Below are positions 36,217 through 48,048 of a stretch of DNA of 64,000 bases, in pieces; within the stretch, counting starts at the first letter, position 1, and each line of letters begins with the position of its first letter. The notes beneath the pieces were generated by a model. The model ran no database searches, was not told the DNA's origin, and worked only from the letters and a program-made list of their open reading frames with translations. The position numbers and the translations under genes were made by a program. Origin of the DNA: an uncultured Trueperaceae bacterium (GTDB taxonomy: Bacteria; Deinococcota; Deinococci; Deinococcales; Trueperaceae); NCBI GenBank assembly GCA_963815215.1, contig CAWFFU010000003.1:512001-576000 (forward strand). Direction: 5' to 3'.

Positions 36217-37272
36217 TCACGACGTGCCACCACCGAGGTACGCCAGCAGCACCGTGCCCCGCTCGCTCGAGGACTCGCTCACCAGCTTGCCGCCGTGCGC
36301 CTCGAGGACGCGCCGGGCGATGAACAACCCCAGGCCACCAGTGCCGGCGGCGTAGCGGTGACCCGCGATCTCCAGCGGCTGACCGTTGAAGGGCTGTGCC
36401 AGCCGCTCCAACGGCTCGGGCAGGCCGGGCCCATCGTCGCTGATCCGCAGCATCCCGGGGAACACCTCGACCTCGATGCGCGAACGAGCGTAGCGGACCG
36501 CATTGCTCAGCAGGTTGTACAGTGCGCGCTCGAGCTCCTTGGGATCGACTCGCGCGTGCGCCTCCCCCTGCACCGAGATCGCTACCCCGCGCTCGCGCGA
36601 CAGCGGACGCAGACGGTCCAGCACATCGCCCACGAGAACGCGCAGGTCGATCGACTGGCGTTTGAGCGGCACGTCCTCGAGCTCGAGCCGGTGGGCGTCG
36701 ACCATCTTCTGCACCAGCTCGATCAGCGCCTGGTTCTCGGTCGAGAGCCGGCTCACCACCTCGATGCGCTGGTCACGAGTGAGCTCCTCGTTGTCGCGCA
36801 CAACGTTCAAGAGGTGGTTCGCGGCGATCAGCGGCGTCTTGAGGTCGTGCATCAGGGCGGCGGTGAACGCACTGCGACGCCCCTGCTCCTGGTGCATCTC
36901 CTGCAGCATGGCGTTGAACGCGCGCTTCACCGCCATGACCTCGCGGGGCTCGCGCCCCGTCGTCGCCAGCCGTGCGCCTGGAACGGCCCTCGGCAACGCC
37001 TCGATATCCTCAGCCACGTCGCTGAGCGGCGCCAGTAGCTGGCCCGAGAGGGCGTAGCCCACGAACACCGAGACCCCCACCACCGCCACCAGCCAGGCGC
37101 CGATGAACAGCCACACGCCCGGCGTCAGCGATGCCGTCCGGTTGTAGGCGGGGAGCAACACCGTCCCCACCAGCACGACGTTGGGCAGGCCCGAGAGCAA
37201 CGCGATCACCCAGCCGAGCTGGCGACGCAGGCTGCGGCCCACGCTCGGCCGCTGCCCGCCCGCGCTGCTCAT
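36217..37272 (-). CDS. Sensor histidine kinase (HAMP, HisKA, HATPase)
   Basis: Two [30 protein letters not shown]. Confidence 0.93.
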   Translation of the reverse strand: MSSAGGQRPSVGRSLRRQLGWVIALLSGLPNVVLVGTVLLPAYNRTASLTPGVWLFIGAWLVAVVGVSVFVGYALSGQLLAPLSDVAEDIEALPRAVPGARLATTGREPREVMAVKRAFNAMLQEMHQEQGRRSAFTAALMHDLKTPLIAANHLLNVVRDNEELTRDQRIEVVSRLSTENQALIELVQKMVDAHRLELEDVPLKRQSIDLRVLVGDVLDRLRPLSRERGVAISVQGEAHARVDPKELERALYNLLSNAVRYARSRIEVEVFPGMLRISDDGPGLPEPLERLAQPFNGQPLEIAGHRYAAGTGGLGLFIARRVLEAHGGKLVSESSSERGTVLLAYLGGGTS

Positions 37273-39056
37273 TCCTCCGAGCCGAGCACCGCCAGGAACG
37301 CCTCCTGCGGAACCTCGACCGTTCCGAGCTGCTTCATGCGCGCCTTCCCCTTCTTCTGCTTCTCCAGCAACTTCTTCTTCCGGGTGATGTCTCCGCCATA
37401 GCACTTGGCGGTGACGTCCTTCCGGAAGGCCCGGACGGTGGCGCGGGCCAGGATCTTGCCGCCGATCGCCGCCTGGATCGGCACCGCGAACATCTGCCGC
37501 GGGATGACCTCCGCCATGCGGTCCACGATGCGCCGCCCGACCTCGTAGGCCTTGTCGCGGTGCGCGATGATCGACAGCGCATCCACGCGCTCCTCGTTGA
37601 CGAGCACATCGATCTTCACCAGTGCGCCGTCACGGTGGCCGATGAAGTCGTAGTCCATGCTGGCGTAGCCGCGCGTCAGGCTCTTGAGGCGGTCGTGGAA
37701 GTCGTAGAGGATCTCGCCGAAGGGCACCTCGTAGCGCAGTTCCACGCGCTTGCCGTGGTAGAGCATGTTCTTCATCTCGCCGCGCTTCTCTTGTAGCAAC
37801 CCCATGGCGTTGCCGACGTACTCCTCCGGCACATAGACGTTGAGACGCACGAACGGCTCCCGGATCCTCTCGACGCGGTCGGGATCGGGCAGGGCCGCCG
37901 GGTTCTGGATGAGCGTGGTGGCTCCGTCCGTGGTGGTCACTTCGTACACCACCGCCGGCGCGGTGGCGATCAGCCCCAGGTCGTACTCCCGTTCGAGCCG
38001 CGCCTGCACGATGTCGGCGTGGAGCAGCCCCAGGAAGCCACAGCGGAACCCGAACCCCAGCGCGTCGCTGGTCTCGGGCTCGAAGGTGAAGGCCGCGTCA
38101 TTGAGGCTCAGCTTCTCGAGCGCCTCGCGCAACCGCCCGTAGTCGTCGGCATCGGTCGGGTACAGCCCGGAGAAGACCACCGGCTGCGCCGGCTTGAAGC
38201 CCGGTTCGGGATGATCGGTGGGCTCGTCGGCACGGGTGATGGTGTCCCCGATCTGGGTGTCGGCGATGTCCTTGATGCTGGCGGTGAGCCACCCCACCTC
38301 GCCCGGTCCGAGCACCTCCGACAGCGCCAGTCCGGGCTCGAAGAAGCCGACCTTGTCGACCTCGAACTCCTTGCCCGTGCTGTAGATGCGGATGCGGTCC
38401 CCGGCCGCGAGGCGCCCGTCCAACACGCGCAGGAACGGGATGACTCCCTGGTAGCTATCGTAGACGGCGTCGAAGATGAGCGCGCGCAGAGGCGCTTCGG
38501 GATCGATGCGCGGCGGCGGCAGGTGATCGACGATGGCCTCCAGCACGGCTTCCACATTCTCGCCGGTCTTCGCCGAGACCTTGACGGCGTGGTCGGCGGG
38601 GATGCCGACCACCTCCTCCAACTCGGCGATAGCGCCGTCGGCGTCGGCGTTGGGCAGGTCGATCTTGTTGATGATCGGCAGCACCTCGAGCCCATTGTCG
38701 ACCGCCAGGTAGGCGTTCTGGATGGTCTGCGCCTCGACCCCCTGACTGGCATCGACCACCAGCAGGACCCCCTCGCACGCGCGCAGTGCGCGCGACACTT
38801 CGTAGCCGAAGTCGACGTGGCCCGGCGTGTCGATGAGGTTGAACATGTAGGTCTTGCCGTTGTTCGCCTTGTAGAACACGCGCACCGGGCTCGCCTTGAT
38901 GGTGATGCCGCGCTCCCGCTCGAGGTCCAGCGTGTCGAGCATCTGGTCGCGACGGTTGCGCTCGGCGACGCTCTGCGTGAGCTCGAGGATGCGGTCCGCC
39001 AGCGTCGACTTGCCGTGGTCGACATGGGCGATGATCGAGAAGTTGCGGATCTCCAC
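37269..39056 (-). CDS. lepA: Elongation factor 4
   Basis: [41 protein letters not shown]. Confidence 0.98.
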   Translation of the reverse strand: MEIRNFSIIAHVDHGKSTLADRILELTQSVAERNRRDQMLDTLDLERERGITIKASPVRVFYKANNGKTYMFNLIDTPGHVDFGYEVSRALRACEGVLLVVDASQGVEAQTIQNAYLAVDNGLEVLPIINKIDLPNADADGAIAELEEVVGIPADHAVKVSAKTGENVEAVLEAIVDHLPPPRIDPEAPLRALIFDAVYDSYQGVIPFLRVLDGRLAAGDRIRIYSTGKEFEVDKVGFFEPGLALSEVLGPGEVGWLTASIKDIADTQIGDTITRADEPTDHPEPGFKPAQPVVFSGLYPTDADDYGRLREALEKLSLNDAAFTFEPETSDALGFGFRCGFLGLLHADIVQARLEREYDLGLIATAPAVVYEVTTTDGATTLIQNPAALPDPDRVERIREPFVRLNVYVPEEYVGNAMGLLQEKRGEMKNMLYHGKRVELRYEVPFGEILYDFHDRLKSLTRGYASMDYDFIGHRDGALVKIDVLVNEERVDALSIIAHRDKAYEVGRRIVDRMAEVIPRQMFAVPIQAAIGGKILARATVRAFRKDVTAKCYGGDITRKKKLLEKQKKGKARMKQLGTVEVPQEAFLAVLGSEE

Positions 39057-39166
39057 GTCCGCATCATACCGGAGGCAGGTGGCGAAAAACCTGCACCAGC
39101 GCGGGCTTCCCTCCCGTCTCGGGCCTATCCGGCCGTAGCCGGTCCCGCGGACCGCGCGGCCGGCTG

Positions 39167-40840
39167 TCAGCCCCGTCGAGACCGGAAGAACGCCTTCAGG
39201 AGGTCCGCCGACTCGGCCGCCAGGACCCCGGCCCGTACCTCCGGCCTGCGCTTGAGGTCGCCGGCCAGAAGGTCCACCGCGCCTCCCAGCGCACCCTCAC
39301 GCACGTTGTCGGCGCCGTACACCACGCGCGCCACGTGCGTCTGAAGGATGGCCCCGAGGCACATCGCGCAGGGCTCCAGCGTGACGTAGAGGGTGGCACC
39401 ACTCAGGCGCCAGTCACCCTGCTCGGCCGCGGCGGCGCGAAGCGCGAGCATCTCCGCGTGGGCCGTGGGATCGCGCTCGATCTCGGTGCGGTTGGCGCCC
39501 TCCCCTACCACCTTCCCCTGCATCGTCACCACCGCCCCGACCGGCATCTCACCCGCCCCCCCGGCTTCGGCGGCGAGCGCCAGCGCCCGCAGCATCGGCG
39601 TCTCATCGTCGTCGACGCGTCCCTCGCCCGACAGCACGCCTTCGGCCGCAGCCACCCCCTCGACCCACAACACGTCCCGTCCGCTGACGAGCAGCCGCAG
39701 ACCGTCGCGGCTCTCCCGGGGCACCTTCCGGTCGATCAACAGGTCCGACAGCAGCCGGCTCCCCCCCGTCAGGCGGATACGGTCCCCGTGCCGGCGGCTG
39801 CGGATCTCCAGCGCCGGGTAGGTGCTCAGCACGCCCGGATCCACGCCCTCCGGGAGCTCGCCTGGCTCCCGCACAGGCTGCGCCGGCACGGCCGTCGAGC
39901 GCCGTGCGACCTCAACCCGGCCGTACGCCACGCGCACGACCCTCCCCGAACCGACGTCGCTGCGCCAGGGTCCGCCCTCGTTCAGCGCGGAGCGGATCGC
40001 TTCGATCCGCTCCGACGCCACGGGCACTCCGGCGCCGGACAGCAGGCGCGCAAGGGCGGAACGCTGCAACGCCGGCGCCGCTCGAGACAGCGCCGCCTGA
40101 CGCAGCGGACCGTCGCCGAAGCGTCGCCGCGCGATGCCCTCGAGGGCGTCCCTGGCATCGGCCTGGAGCGCCGCCGTACGGGCGAGCCGCCGCGACGCGC
40201 CCGGCATGCGCGCTTCGAGCGTAGGCAGGACCCGAGCCCGGATCCAGGCCCGCGAACGCGCCAGGTCGTGGTTGCTCTCGTCGTGACGGAACGCGACCCC
40301 GCGATCGGCCAGGAAGGTCCGTAGACGCTCCCGCTCGATCCCGAGAAGCGGCCGCAGCAGCGCGCCGCGACGGTCTGGCATGCCGGTTGCGAAGGCCGCG
40401 CCCCGCAGCAGCTGCAGCAGCACCGTCTCGGCCTGGTCATCGAGGGTATGGGCGACCACGATCCCGTCGGCGGCGCCGGCGGCCGCCCTGTGGAGGAACT
40501 CGTAGCGTAGGCGCCGCGCTCCGTCCTCCACGTTCCAGCCCCGCTCGCGCGACACCGTCGCGACGTCCGCCCCTCCGACACGCAGGGGAACCTCCAGGCG
40601 CTCGCACAGGGCCTCCACGAACGCTCGATCGCCCGCCGAGGCCTCGCGTAGGTGGTGGTCGAAGTGGACGGCCATCACGTCGATCCCTGCGTCGAGCAGC
40701 AGCAGGAGCGCAGCCACGCTGTCGGGGCCGCCGGACAGCCCGAGCGCCACCGTACGGGTCCCGGGTGCGAGCTCACGCAGCCGCTCCGCCACTTCCGCGA
40801 CGAGCGCTTCCCCGGCCTGCACCGTGCCGCCGTGCTTCAC
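39167..40840 (-). CDS. tilS: tRNA(Ile)-lysidine synthase TilS fused to tRNA adenosine deaminase TadA
   Basis: [16 protein letters not shown], TilS C-domain, then HAE...EPCAMC deaminase motif in the same frame. Confidence 0.92.
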   Translation of the reverse strand: MKHGGTVQAGEALVAEVAERLRELAPGTRTVALGLSGGPDSVAALLLLLDAGIDVMAVHFDHHLREASAGDRAFVEALCERLEVPLRVGGADVATVSRERGWNVEDGARRLRYEFLHRAAAGAADGIVVAHTLDDQAETVLLQLLRGAAFATGMPDRRGALLRPLLGIERERLRTFLADRGVAFRHDESNHDLARSRAWIRARVLPTLEARMPGASRRLARTAALQADARDALEGIARRRFGDGPLRQAALSRAAPALQRSALARLLSGAGVPVASERIEAIRSALNEGGPWRSDVGSGRVVRVAYGRVEVARRSTAVPAQPVREPGELPEGVDPGVLSTYPALEIRSRRHGDRIRLTGGSRLLSDLLIDRKVPRESRDGLRLLVSGRDVLWVEGVAAAEGVLSGEGRVDDDETPMLRALALAAEAGGAGEMPVGAVVTMQGKVVGEGANRTEIERDPTAHAEMLALRAAAAEQGDWRLSGATLYVTLEPCAMCLGAILQTHVARVVYGADNVREGALGGAVDLLAGDLKRRPEVRAGVLAAESADLLKAFFRSRRG

Positions 40841-40941
40841 GCCCCGCATTATGCCCTGCGTGCAGCGGCCGGCGCGCACGCCGTTCCCACGGCCGACCAC
40901 GGGACCGCCCTGAGCCGCAGAGCGCGCACGTATACTGCCGC

Positions 40942-42108
40942 ATGACCGTCACCATCATCGTTCTCGACTCCGTCGGGGTGGGCGCGCTCGCGGACGCCCG
41001 GGACTTCGGCGACGACGGCGCGCACACGCTCGATCACACCCTCCGCGTCGCCCCCGTCGCGCTACCGAACCTGGCGCGCCTGGGGCTGGGCAACATCCCC
41101 GGCGTGACGGCGCTGCAGGCCGCCCCCCGGCCCCTGGCAAGCTACGGTCGGCTCGCGGAGCGGTCGCTCGGCAAGGACACCACCACCGGTCACTGGGAGT
41201 TCATGGGGATCGTGCTCGACCACCCGTTCCGCACCTTCGAGCACTTCCCGGACGCGGTGATGGACGCCTTCGATGCGGTCACCGGCCGAGGTCACCTCGG
41301 CAACCGGCCGGCGTCAGGCACCGCCATCATCGAGGAGCTCGGCCCGCGACACCTTGTGAGTGGTGAGCCCATCGTCTACACCAGCGCCGACAGCGTCTTC
41401 CAGATCGCGACCCACGTCGATGTGGTCCCACTGGCCACGCTGTACGCCTGGTGCGAGGCGGCGCGCGCCATCCTGACCGGCGACAACGCCGTGGCACGCG
41501 TCATCGCCCGGCCCTTCGCAGGTTCGCCCGGCGCCTTGACCAGACTCGGCGAGGCGCGCCGCGACTACTCGCTCGTGCCCCCCGAGCGCACCGTCCTCGA
41601 CGCCCTCGTGGAGCACGGCCGCGACGTCGTCGGCATCGGCAAGATTCCCGACATCTACAGTCACCGCGGCTTCACCGAAGAGGTGCACACCCGCTCCAAT
41701 CTCGACGGCGTCGACCGCACCCTCGCTGCCATGCGAGCGCGCCCCGACGGGCTGGTGTTCACGAACCTGGTCGAGTTCGACTCGCTCTACGGGCACCGGC
41801 GCAACCCGCAAGGGTACGCCGCGGCCCTGGGCGACGTCGACGAGCGCCTGCCCGAACTGCTGGCGGCAGTCGCGCCGGGTGACGTGCTGCTCTTCGTCAG
41901 CGACCACGGCAACGATCCGACCTGGCCGGGCACCGATCACACCCGGGAGCACGGACTGCTACTTGCCTACGCCCCGGGCCGCGACGGCGGCGACCTCGGC
42001 ACGCGCGCCAGCTTCGCCGACGTCGGCGCCACCGTGGCGGAGTTGCTGGCCGTACCCTGGGACGGCCGCGGCTCGAGCTTCGCCGCAGCCCTGCGCGGGA
42101 GCGACTGA
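40942..42108 (+). CDS. deoB: Phosphopentomutase
   Basis: [44 protein letters not shown]. Confidence 0.97.
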   Translation: MTVTIIVLDSVGVGALADARDFGDDGAHTLDHTLRVAPVALPNLARLGLGNIPGVTALQAAPRPLASYGRLAERSLGKDTTTGHWEFMGIVLDHPFRTFEHFPDAVMDAFDAVTGRGHLGNRPASGTAIIEELGPRHLVSGEPIVYTSADSVFQIATHVDVVPLATLYAWCEAARAILTGDNAVARVIARPFAGSPGALTRLGEARRDYSLVPPERTVLDALVEHGRDVVGIGKIPDIYSHRGFTEEVHTRSNLDGVDRTLAAMRARPDGLVFTNLVEFDSLYGHRRNPQGYAAALGDVDERLPELLAAVAPGDVLLFVSDHGNDPTWPGTDHTREHGLLLAYAPGRDGGDLGTRASFADVGATVAELLAVPWDGRGSSFAAALRGSD

Positions 42109-42135
42109 GCGACGCTCGCGCGGGACCCCGACACC

Positions 42136-42167
42136 ACGAAGGCCGCCCCGGTGGGGCGGCCGTTCGT
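42136..42167. terminator. Hairpin between convergent deoB and rplQ
   Basis: GGCCGCCCC-GGT-GGGGCGGCC with flanking ACGAA/TTCGT. Confidence 0.7.
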
Positions 42168-42199
42168 ACGTCCGCGTTCGCGTTGGTGTGTGCTTCGAG

Positions 42200-42556
42200 C
42201 TACTCCTGCACCAACTCGATGTACGCCTCCTGGGCGTTGTCGCCGCGACGGTTGAGCAGCCGGTAGATGCGGGTGTAGCCGCCCTTCCTCTCGGCGTAGC
42301 GCGGGGCGATCTCGTCCATGAGCTTGCGCTGCACGGCGCGATCGTGGATGTCGCGCGCGATGAGGCGGCGCGCGTGCAGATCGCCGCCGCGGGCGGTGGT
42401 GATCAACTTCTCCACGAAAGGCTGCAGGCTCTTGGCCTTGGTGAGGGTGGTCTTGATGCGGCCGTGCCGGAGCAGGGCCGTCGCCTGGGAACGGGCGAGG
42501 GCACTGCGATGGCTGCTGGAGCGACCCAGCTTGTAACCGCGCTGCAGATGACGCAT
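42200..42556 (-). CDS. rplQ: 50S ribosomal protein L17
   Basis: MRH...KLGR, GGYTRI. Confidence 0.97.
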   Translation of the reverse strand: MRHLQRGYKLGRSSSHRSALARSQATALLRHGRIKTTLTKAKSLQPFVEKLITTARGGDLHARRLIARDIHDRAVQRKLMDEIAPRYAERKGGYTRIYRLLNRRGDNAQEAYIELVQE

Positions 42557-42559
42557 GGC

Positions 42560-43501
42560 TTACTCCTTCAGCTTCAGTCCGCGCGCCGCCAGGCGCTCCT
42601 TGATCTCTTCGAGCGACTTCTCGCCCACGCCGCCGACCTTCTTGAGGTCGCGCTCGGACAGCGCCAGCAGCGCGTTGACCGAGTCGATGCCCTCCTCCTG
42701 CAGGGAGTGCAGGACGCGGCTGGACAGCTCCAGGCTCTCGAGGCTCATGACGACCTGCTCGGGCGCCGCCACGACCTCCTCCACCGCCTTGGTGGGGATG
42801 GTCATGACCGGAACCTTCTCCTCGCCACCGTCGGCACCTTCGCCGCTGAAGACGTTGAGCTGGTTGCGCATGATGTCGACGGCCTGGTCGAGCGCATCAC
42901 GGGGATCGGCGCTGCCGTCGGTCCAGACGCGGATGACGAGCCGGTCGAGGTCCGTCTTCTGGCCGACGCGTGTGTCCTCGACGCGGTACGCCACGCGGCG
43001 TACCGGGGTGAACACGGCATCGACGGGGATCGAGTTGATGCGGTCCTTGGTGCCGTGGATGTCGGCGGGCACGTAGCCGACACCGCGCTCGACGCGTACC
43101 TCCATCACCAGCCGGCCACCCTTGGTGAGGGTCGCGATATGGAGCTCGCCGTTCATGAGCTCGGCGTTGGCGGGCACGTCGAACTGTGCGGCCGTGACCT
43201 CGCCCGCGCTCTCCGCGCGCAGCGTCAGCGTCACCGGGTCGTCGTCGTAGAGCTTCACGACGAGGTCCTTGAGGTTGAGGATGATCTGCATGACATCCTC
43301 TTTGACCCCTTCGATCGTCGAGAACTCGTGGAGCACGTCCTCGATGTAGACGCTGGTCACCGCGGTACCGGGGATCGACGACAGCAGGATCCGCCGCAGC
43401 GGGTTCCCGAGCGTCACGCCATAGCCACGCGGCAGTGGCTCCACCACGAACTCGCCGTATCGATCGGTCGTTTTCGACTTGAACTCTGGAATGATCTGCA
43501 C
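42560..43501 (-). CDS. rpoA: RNA polymerase alpha subunit
   Basis: EPLPRGYGVTLGNPLRRILLSS; GTG start VQIIPEF. Confidence 0.97.
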   Translation of the reverse strand: MQIIPEFKSKTTDRYGEFVVEPLPRGYGVTLGNPLRRILLSSIPGTAVTSVYIEDVLHEFSTIEGVKEDVMQIILNLKDLVVKLYDDDPVTLTLRAESAGEVTAAQFDVPANAELMNGELHIATLTKGGRLVMEVRVERGVGYVPADIHGTKDRINSIPVDAVFTPVRRVAYRVEDTRVGQKTDLDRLVIRVWTDGSADPRDALDQAVDIMRNQLNVFSGEGADGGEEKVPVMTIPTKAVEEVVAAPEQVVMSLESLELSSRVLHSLQEEGIDSVNALLALSERDLKKVGGVGEKSLEEIKERLAARGLKLKE

Positions 43502-43536
43502 CGTGCTCTCCTCCGGCCGTGGCCGCTCTTGCGACC

Positions 43537-44154
43537 TCAGCGCGAGTAGTACTCGATGACCTGAAGCTCGTTCACCGGCACCGTCAAGTCCTCGCGGGCG
43601 GGGCGATGCAGGAACCGGCCCTTGAGCGTTTCCTCGTCGAACTCGAGCCACGGGTTGAGCTTGCCGCGCCGCCGTTCCTCAACGTTGCCCTTGATATGGG
43701 CGTTCTTCTTGGCGTTGGGAGCAACCTCGATCTCGTCACCCGGCGACAACCGGTAGGACGGGACGTCGATACGCCGGCCGTTGACGTGGATGTGCCCATG
43801 GGCGACGAACTGGCGCGCCTGACGCCGGGTCGCGGCGATCCCGAGGCGATACACGACGTTGTCGAGCCGCGATTCGAGCAGCTGCAGGAACACCTCGCCG
43901 GTGGCCCCCACCTTCTTCGACGCCTCGTCGAACAGGTTCGCGAACTGCTTCTCGCTCATGTTGTAGTAGAAGCGCAGCTTCTGCTTCTCACGCAGACGCA
44001 CGCCGTAGTCGCTGATCTTCCGGCGACGCCGCTGGCCGTGCTGCCCCGGAGGGTAGGGGTGGCGCTCCATATAGCGTTGCACCTTGGGGGACTCCACCAG
44101 GTTGACGCCCTCGCGACGGCAGATTTTTACGATCGGTCCTCTGTATCGGCCCAT
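43537..44154 (-). CDS. rpsD: 30S ribosomal protein S4
   Basis: [22 protein letters not shown]. Confidence 0.97.
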   Translation of the reverse strand: MGRYRGPIVKICRREGVNLVESPKVQRYMERHPYPPGQHGQRRRRKISDYGVRLREKQKLRFYYNMSEKQFANLFDEASKKVGATGEVFLQLLESRLDNVVYRLGIAATRRQARQFVAHGHIHVNGRRIDVPSYRLSPGDEIEVAPNAKKNAHIKGNVEERRRGKLNPWLEFDEETLKGRFLHRPAREDLTVPVNELQVIEYYSR

Positions 44155-44178
44155 GACTCTCCTAGCTCTCGTCTACGC

Positions 44179-44571
44179 TCACATGCGCTTCCGCTTGCGC
44201 GGACGGCAGCCGTTGTGGGGGGAGGGGGTGTCGTCGATGATGGTGCGGACGTTCACCCCGGTGGCTTGGATGGAGCGGATCGCCTGCTCGCGACCGGAGC
44301 CGGTGCCCCGGATGATGATGTCGAGCTGCGAAACGCCCATGTTCTGCGCCTTGCGGGTGGCGTCCGCAGCGGCGAGCTGTGCGGCGTACGGGGTGCCCTT
44401 CTTGGAGCCCTTGTAGCCGATCGATCCCGACGAGGACCACGTGACGGTGTTGCCGTCCATGTCGGTGATGGTGACGATGGTGTTGTTGTAGCTGGCGTGG
44501 ATGAACGCTTTGCCCTCGGTCAGGCTGCGCTTGACACGACGCTTGGTCCTGGTCTTGGTCGCTTTGGCCAC
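44179..44571 (-). CDS. rpsK: 30S ribosomal protein S11
   Basis: [16 protein letters not shown]. Confidence 0.97.
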   Translation of the reverse strand: MAKATKTRTKRRVKRSLTEGKAFIHASYNNTIVTITDMDGNTVTWSSSGSIGYKGSKKGTPYAAQLAAADATRKAQNMGVSQLDIIIRGTGSGREQAIRSIQATGVNVRTIIDDTPSPHNGCRPRKRKRM

Positions 44572-44581
44572 GTTCTTCCCC

Positions 44582-44962
44582 TTACTTCCTCGGCGCCCGC
44601 TTCTTGCCGGCCACCGTGCGCCTCGGACCCTTGCGGGTGCGGGCGTTGGTCTTGGTCGACTGGCCTCGGACCGGCAGGCCGCGGCGGTGCCGCAGTCCCC
44701 GGTAGCAACCGATATCCATCAACCGCTTGATGTTGAGCTGCACCTCACGGCGCAGGTCGCCCTCGACCTTGTAGGTGCGATCCACGACCTCGCGCAGCCG
44801 CCCTACCTCGGCCTCGGTGAGATCCTTGACGCGGGTGTCGGGATCGACGCCCACGTTCTGGAGGATCTCCCGCGAACGGCTGGCGCCGATGCCGTAGATG
44901 TACGGCAGCGCCGCCTCGATGCGCTTCTCACGTGGCAAGTCGATGCCAGCGATACGTGCCAT
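44582..44962 (-). CDS. rpsM: 30S ribosomal protein S13
   Basis: [17 protein letters not shown]. Confidence 0.97.
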   Translation of the reverse strand: MARIAGIDLPREKRIEAALPYIYGIGASRSREILQNVGVDPDTRVKDLTEAEVGRLREVVDRTYKVEGDLRREVQLNIKRLMDIGCYRGLRHRRGLPVRGQSTKTNARTRKGPRRTVAGKKRAPRK

Positions 44963-44965
44963 ACC

Positions 44966-45082
44966 TCACCCCTGCCTTTGCTTGTGCTTCGGGTTCGAAG
45001 AGCAGATCACGTAGACCTTGCCGTGCCGGCGGATCACCTTGCACTTGTCACACATGGGTTTCACGGACGCCCGGACTTTCAT
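44966..45082 (-). CDS. rpmJ: 50S ribosomal protein L36 (Zn-binding type)
   Basis: Manual translation [38 protein letters not shown]. Confidence 0.97.
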   Translation of the reverse strand: MKVRASVKPMCDKCKVIRRHGKVYVICSSNPKHKQRQG

Positions 45083-45094
45083 GCTCGACTCCTG

Positions 45095-45385
45095 TTATTT
45101 CCGATAGACGATGCGACCCTTTTCGGGGTCGTACGTGCTGATCTCCACCACGACACGGTCGCCTGGGAGGATGCGGATGTAATGACGGCGCATCTTGCCC
45201 CCAACGTGGGCAAGGATCTCGGGTCCGGCATCCAGCTGGACGAGGAACGTCGTGTTCGGACGAGCCTCGAGCACCACCCCCTCGGTGCGGATGCTGTCCT
45301 GCGTCGTTTCCTCTTCGCGCGGAGTACGCGGCTTGCCTCTACCCCCGCGCCTGCCTGGCCGGCCTCCTGATCGCCTACGCGCCAT
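45095..45385 (-). CDS. infA: Translation initiation factor IF-1
   Basis: [25 protein letters not shown]-rich N-terminal extension. Confidence 0.95.
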   Translation of the reverse strand: MARRRSGGRPGRRGGRGKPRTPREEETTQDSIRTEGVVLEARPNTTFLVQLDAGPEILAHVGGKMRRHYIRILPGDRVVVEISTYDPEKGRIVYRK

Positions 45386-46148
45386 GCACACCTCCTCCGG
45401 TGCCTGTCGTTGCCGTCAACACGCGCGGTCCATCTTCGGTGATGGCCACCGTGTGTTCGAAGTGTGCCGCCAGGCTCCCGTCTGCGGTGGAAGCCGTCCA
45501 GCCGTCGTCCGCGATGAGCACCGTGGTCCGCTTCAGCGAAACCATCGGCTCGATCGCGAGAACCAAGCCCGGACGGAGCACGGGGCCCGTGCCGGCACGT
45601 CCATAGTTGGGGACCTCGGGTCCTTCGTGGAACTCCCGACCGATGCCGTGGCCCACGAACTCCCTGATCACCCAGTAGCCCTCGGCCTCGACGACGCCCT
45701 GAATGGCCGCGGAAACGTCGCCCAGCCGGTTGCCTGCCAGCGCCGCCTCGATCCCTGCGGTCAACGACCGCTCGGTGGTCTCGAGGAGGCGCCGCGCCTC
45801 GTCGGGGATCGCGCCGACGGCGAACGTGCTGGCCATGTCCGCGGCGTACCCCCGGTAGAAGGTCCCGATGTCGATCGACACAATGTCACCCTCCGCCACA
45901 CGAACGCCGTCCGGAATTCCGTGGACGACCACTTCGTTGACGGAGGTGCACAGCGTCGCCGGGAAGCCACGATAGCCCTTGAAGGCGGGCTTCCCACCAC
46001 GCGCGAGGATAGCATCTTCGGCGATGGCGTTCAACTCGAGGGTCGACACGCCCGGCCGGACGGCCGCAGCCACCGCTTCCAGCGCCTCGCGGTTGATGAC
46101 CCCGGCTTCCGCCATGATGTCGATCTCACCGCTGCGCTTGAGGATCAC
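45375..46148 (-). CDS. map: Methionine aminopeptidase type I
   Basis: [27 protein letters not shown]. Confidence 0.97.
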   Translation of the reverse strand: MILKRSGEIDIMAEAGVINREALEAVAAAVRPGVSTLELNAIAEDAILARGGKPAFKGYRGFPATLCTSVNEVVVHGIPDGVRVAEGDIVSIDIGTFYRGYAADMASTFAVGAIPDEARRLLETTERSLTAGIEAALAGNRLGDVSAAIQGVVEAEGYWVIREFVGHGIGREFHEGPEVPNYGRAGTGPVLRPGLVLAIEPMVSLKRTTVLIADDGWTASTADGSLAAHFEHTVAITEDGPRVLTATTGTGGGVHGA

Positions 46149-46726
46149 GGCAGCACCTCGTCGATCCGTTCGGAGACTTCGTCCACCGTACCCATGCCAT
46201 CGACACGGTGCAGCTTGCCCCGCTCCGCGTAGTACTCCAGCAGCGGCTGCGTCTGGCTCCGGTACACGTTCATGCGATTGCGGATGGTCGCTTCGTTATC
46301 ATCCGAACGGCCCTCTTCGGCGGCGCGGCTGGCGAGGCGGCGAACCAGCTCGTCCTCGTCGACCTGCAGCGCGACCGCCGCCGTGAGCGAGGTCCCGTCG
46401 CTGGCGAGCAACGTGTCGAGCGCGGCTGCTTGTCCCGGCGTTCGGGGGAAGCCGTCGAGGAGCACGCGTACGGGCCGCATGGGATCGATCTCGGAGGCCA
46501 CCATGGCGATGATCAGATCGTCGGGGACGAGCTCGCCGGCGTCCATGATGCCCTTCGCCTCGAGGCCGAGCTCCGTGCCGCGCGCGACCTGTGAGCGCAG
46601 CATGTCCCCGGTGGCGAGCTTGCGAAGGTCTCGCGCCTCGGCCAACCTCGCCGCCTGCGTGCCCTTCCCCGCACCGGGGGGGCCCATCAGCAGGACGACC
46701 TCGGCTCTGGACGCTTCGGCGGACAC
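46145..46726 (-). CDS. adk: Adenylate kinase (short LID)
   Basis: GPPGAGKGTQA, LDGFPRT, RSDD. Confidence 0.97.
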   Translation of the reverse strand: MSAEASRAEVVLLMGPPGAGKGTQAARLAEARDLRKLATGDMLRSQVARGTELGLEAKGIMDAGELVPDDLIIAMVASEIDPMRPVRVLLDGFPRTPGQAAALDTLLASDGTSLTAAVALQVDEDELVRRLASRAAEEGRSDDNEATIRNRMNVYRSQTQPLLEYYAERGKLHRVDGMGTVDEVSERIDEVLP

Positions 46727-48046
46727 CTAGAAGCGCCTCCCGCGGCCACGGATCCGGCCCTTGCTCACGAAGCCCTCGTAGTGTCGCATCATCAGCTGCG
46801 ACTCGAGCTGCCGGAGCGTGTCGAGCGCGACGCCGACCATGATCAGCAACCCGGTGCCGGAGAACACGAACGACAGCTGGCCCGTGCCCGTGAGCCATGC
46901 GAAGACCTGGGGCAAGGCGTTGACCGCACCCAGGAAGAGCGCACCCCACAGCGTGATCCGGTTGGTGATCCGGGTGAGGTGATCCGTGGTCGGTTGGCCC
47001 GGCCGCACTCCCGGCACGAAGCCGCCGTACTCGCGCAGGTTGTCGCTGATGCGCCTCGGATCGAAGGTGATCTGCGTATAGAAGTAGGTGAACCCGACGA
47101 TCAGCAAGGTGCTCAGGGTGAGGCCCTGCCAGTGCGACGGGTTGAACCAGGAGCCGATGCCCTGCAGCCAGACGGTGTTGGGGAACGCCCCGATGACGGT
47201 CTGAGGAAGGATCAGGATGGCCACGGCGAAGATGATGGGGATCACGCCCGCGGCGTTCAGCCGGAGCGGGATGTAGGTGGTCTGACCGCCCATCACCTTC
47301 CGGCCCACCACCTTACGCGCGTACTGCACCGGGATGCGTCTCTCCGCCTGCTGCACCAGCACCATGCCCGCGATGGCCACGATGAGGAGCGCCAGGTAGA
47401 AGATGAGCCCGAACACGTTCGCCTGCCCCTTGCCGATGAGCGCGAACTCCTGCGCCAGGGCGTTGGGGAACGCCGCCACGATGCCGGCGTAGATGATGAG
47501 CGAGATCCCGTTGCCGACGCCGTACTCGGTGATCTTCTCGCCCAGCCACATCACCACCGAGATACCGGCAACCTGCGTCACCAGAACCACGAACCAGAAG
47601 AAGGGCCCGTTGACCCAACCGATCCGCAGCGCACCGCTCGGTCCGAGCAGCGCGATGGCCAGGAACAGAGCCTGCACAGCGCCCAGCGCGGTGGCGCCGT
47701 AGCGCGTGTACTGCGTGATCTTGCGACGGCCTTCCTCACCCTCCTTGCTCAGCTTCTCGAGCGGCGGGTAGGTCGACTGGAGCAACTGGATGATGATGCT
47801 CGCCGTGATGTAGGGGATGACCCCGAGCGCGGCGATAGAGAACACCTTGAAGTTGCCGCCCGAGATGAAGTTGAGCAGGCCGAAGATCGACCCCTGGCCG
47901 AACCCGCCGGCCTTGAGCCTGGCGATGTCGATCCCCGGCGTGGGGATGAACACGAGCAGCCGGTACACCGTGAGCAGCCCGATGGTAACGAGCAGCTTGG
48001 CGCGCAGGTCCGCAATGACCATCGCATTGCGAAAGGCCTGGAGCAT
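46727..48046 (-). CDS. secY: Preprotein translocase SecY
   Basis: LGVIPYITASII, GVGNGISLII, PGVRPG. Confidence 0.98.
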   Translation of the reverse strand: MLQAFRNAMVIADLRAKLLVTIGLLTVYRLLVFIPTPGIDIARLKAGGFGQGSIFGLLNFISGGNFKVFSIAALGVIPYITASIIIQLLQSTYPPLEKLSKEGEEGRRKITQYTRYGATALGAVQALFLAIALLGPSGALRIGWVNGPFFWFVVLVTQVAGISVVMWLGEKITEYGVGNGISLIIYAGIVAAFPNALAQEFALIGKGQANVFGLIFYLALLIVAIAGMVLVQQAERRIPVQYARKVVGRKVMGGQTTYIPLRLNAAGVIPIIFAVAILILPQTVIGAFPNTVWLQGIGSWFNPSHWQGLTLSTLLIVGFTYFYTQITFDPRRISDNLREYGGFVPGVRPGQPTTDHLTRITNRITLWGALFLGAVNALPQVFAWLTGTGQLSFVFSGTGLLIMVGVALDTLRQLESQLMMRHYEGFVSKGRIRGRGRRF

Positions 48047-48048
48047 CC

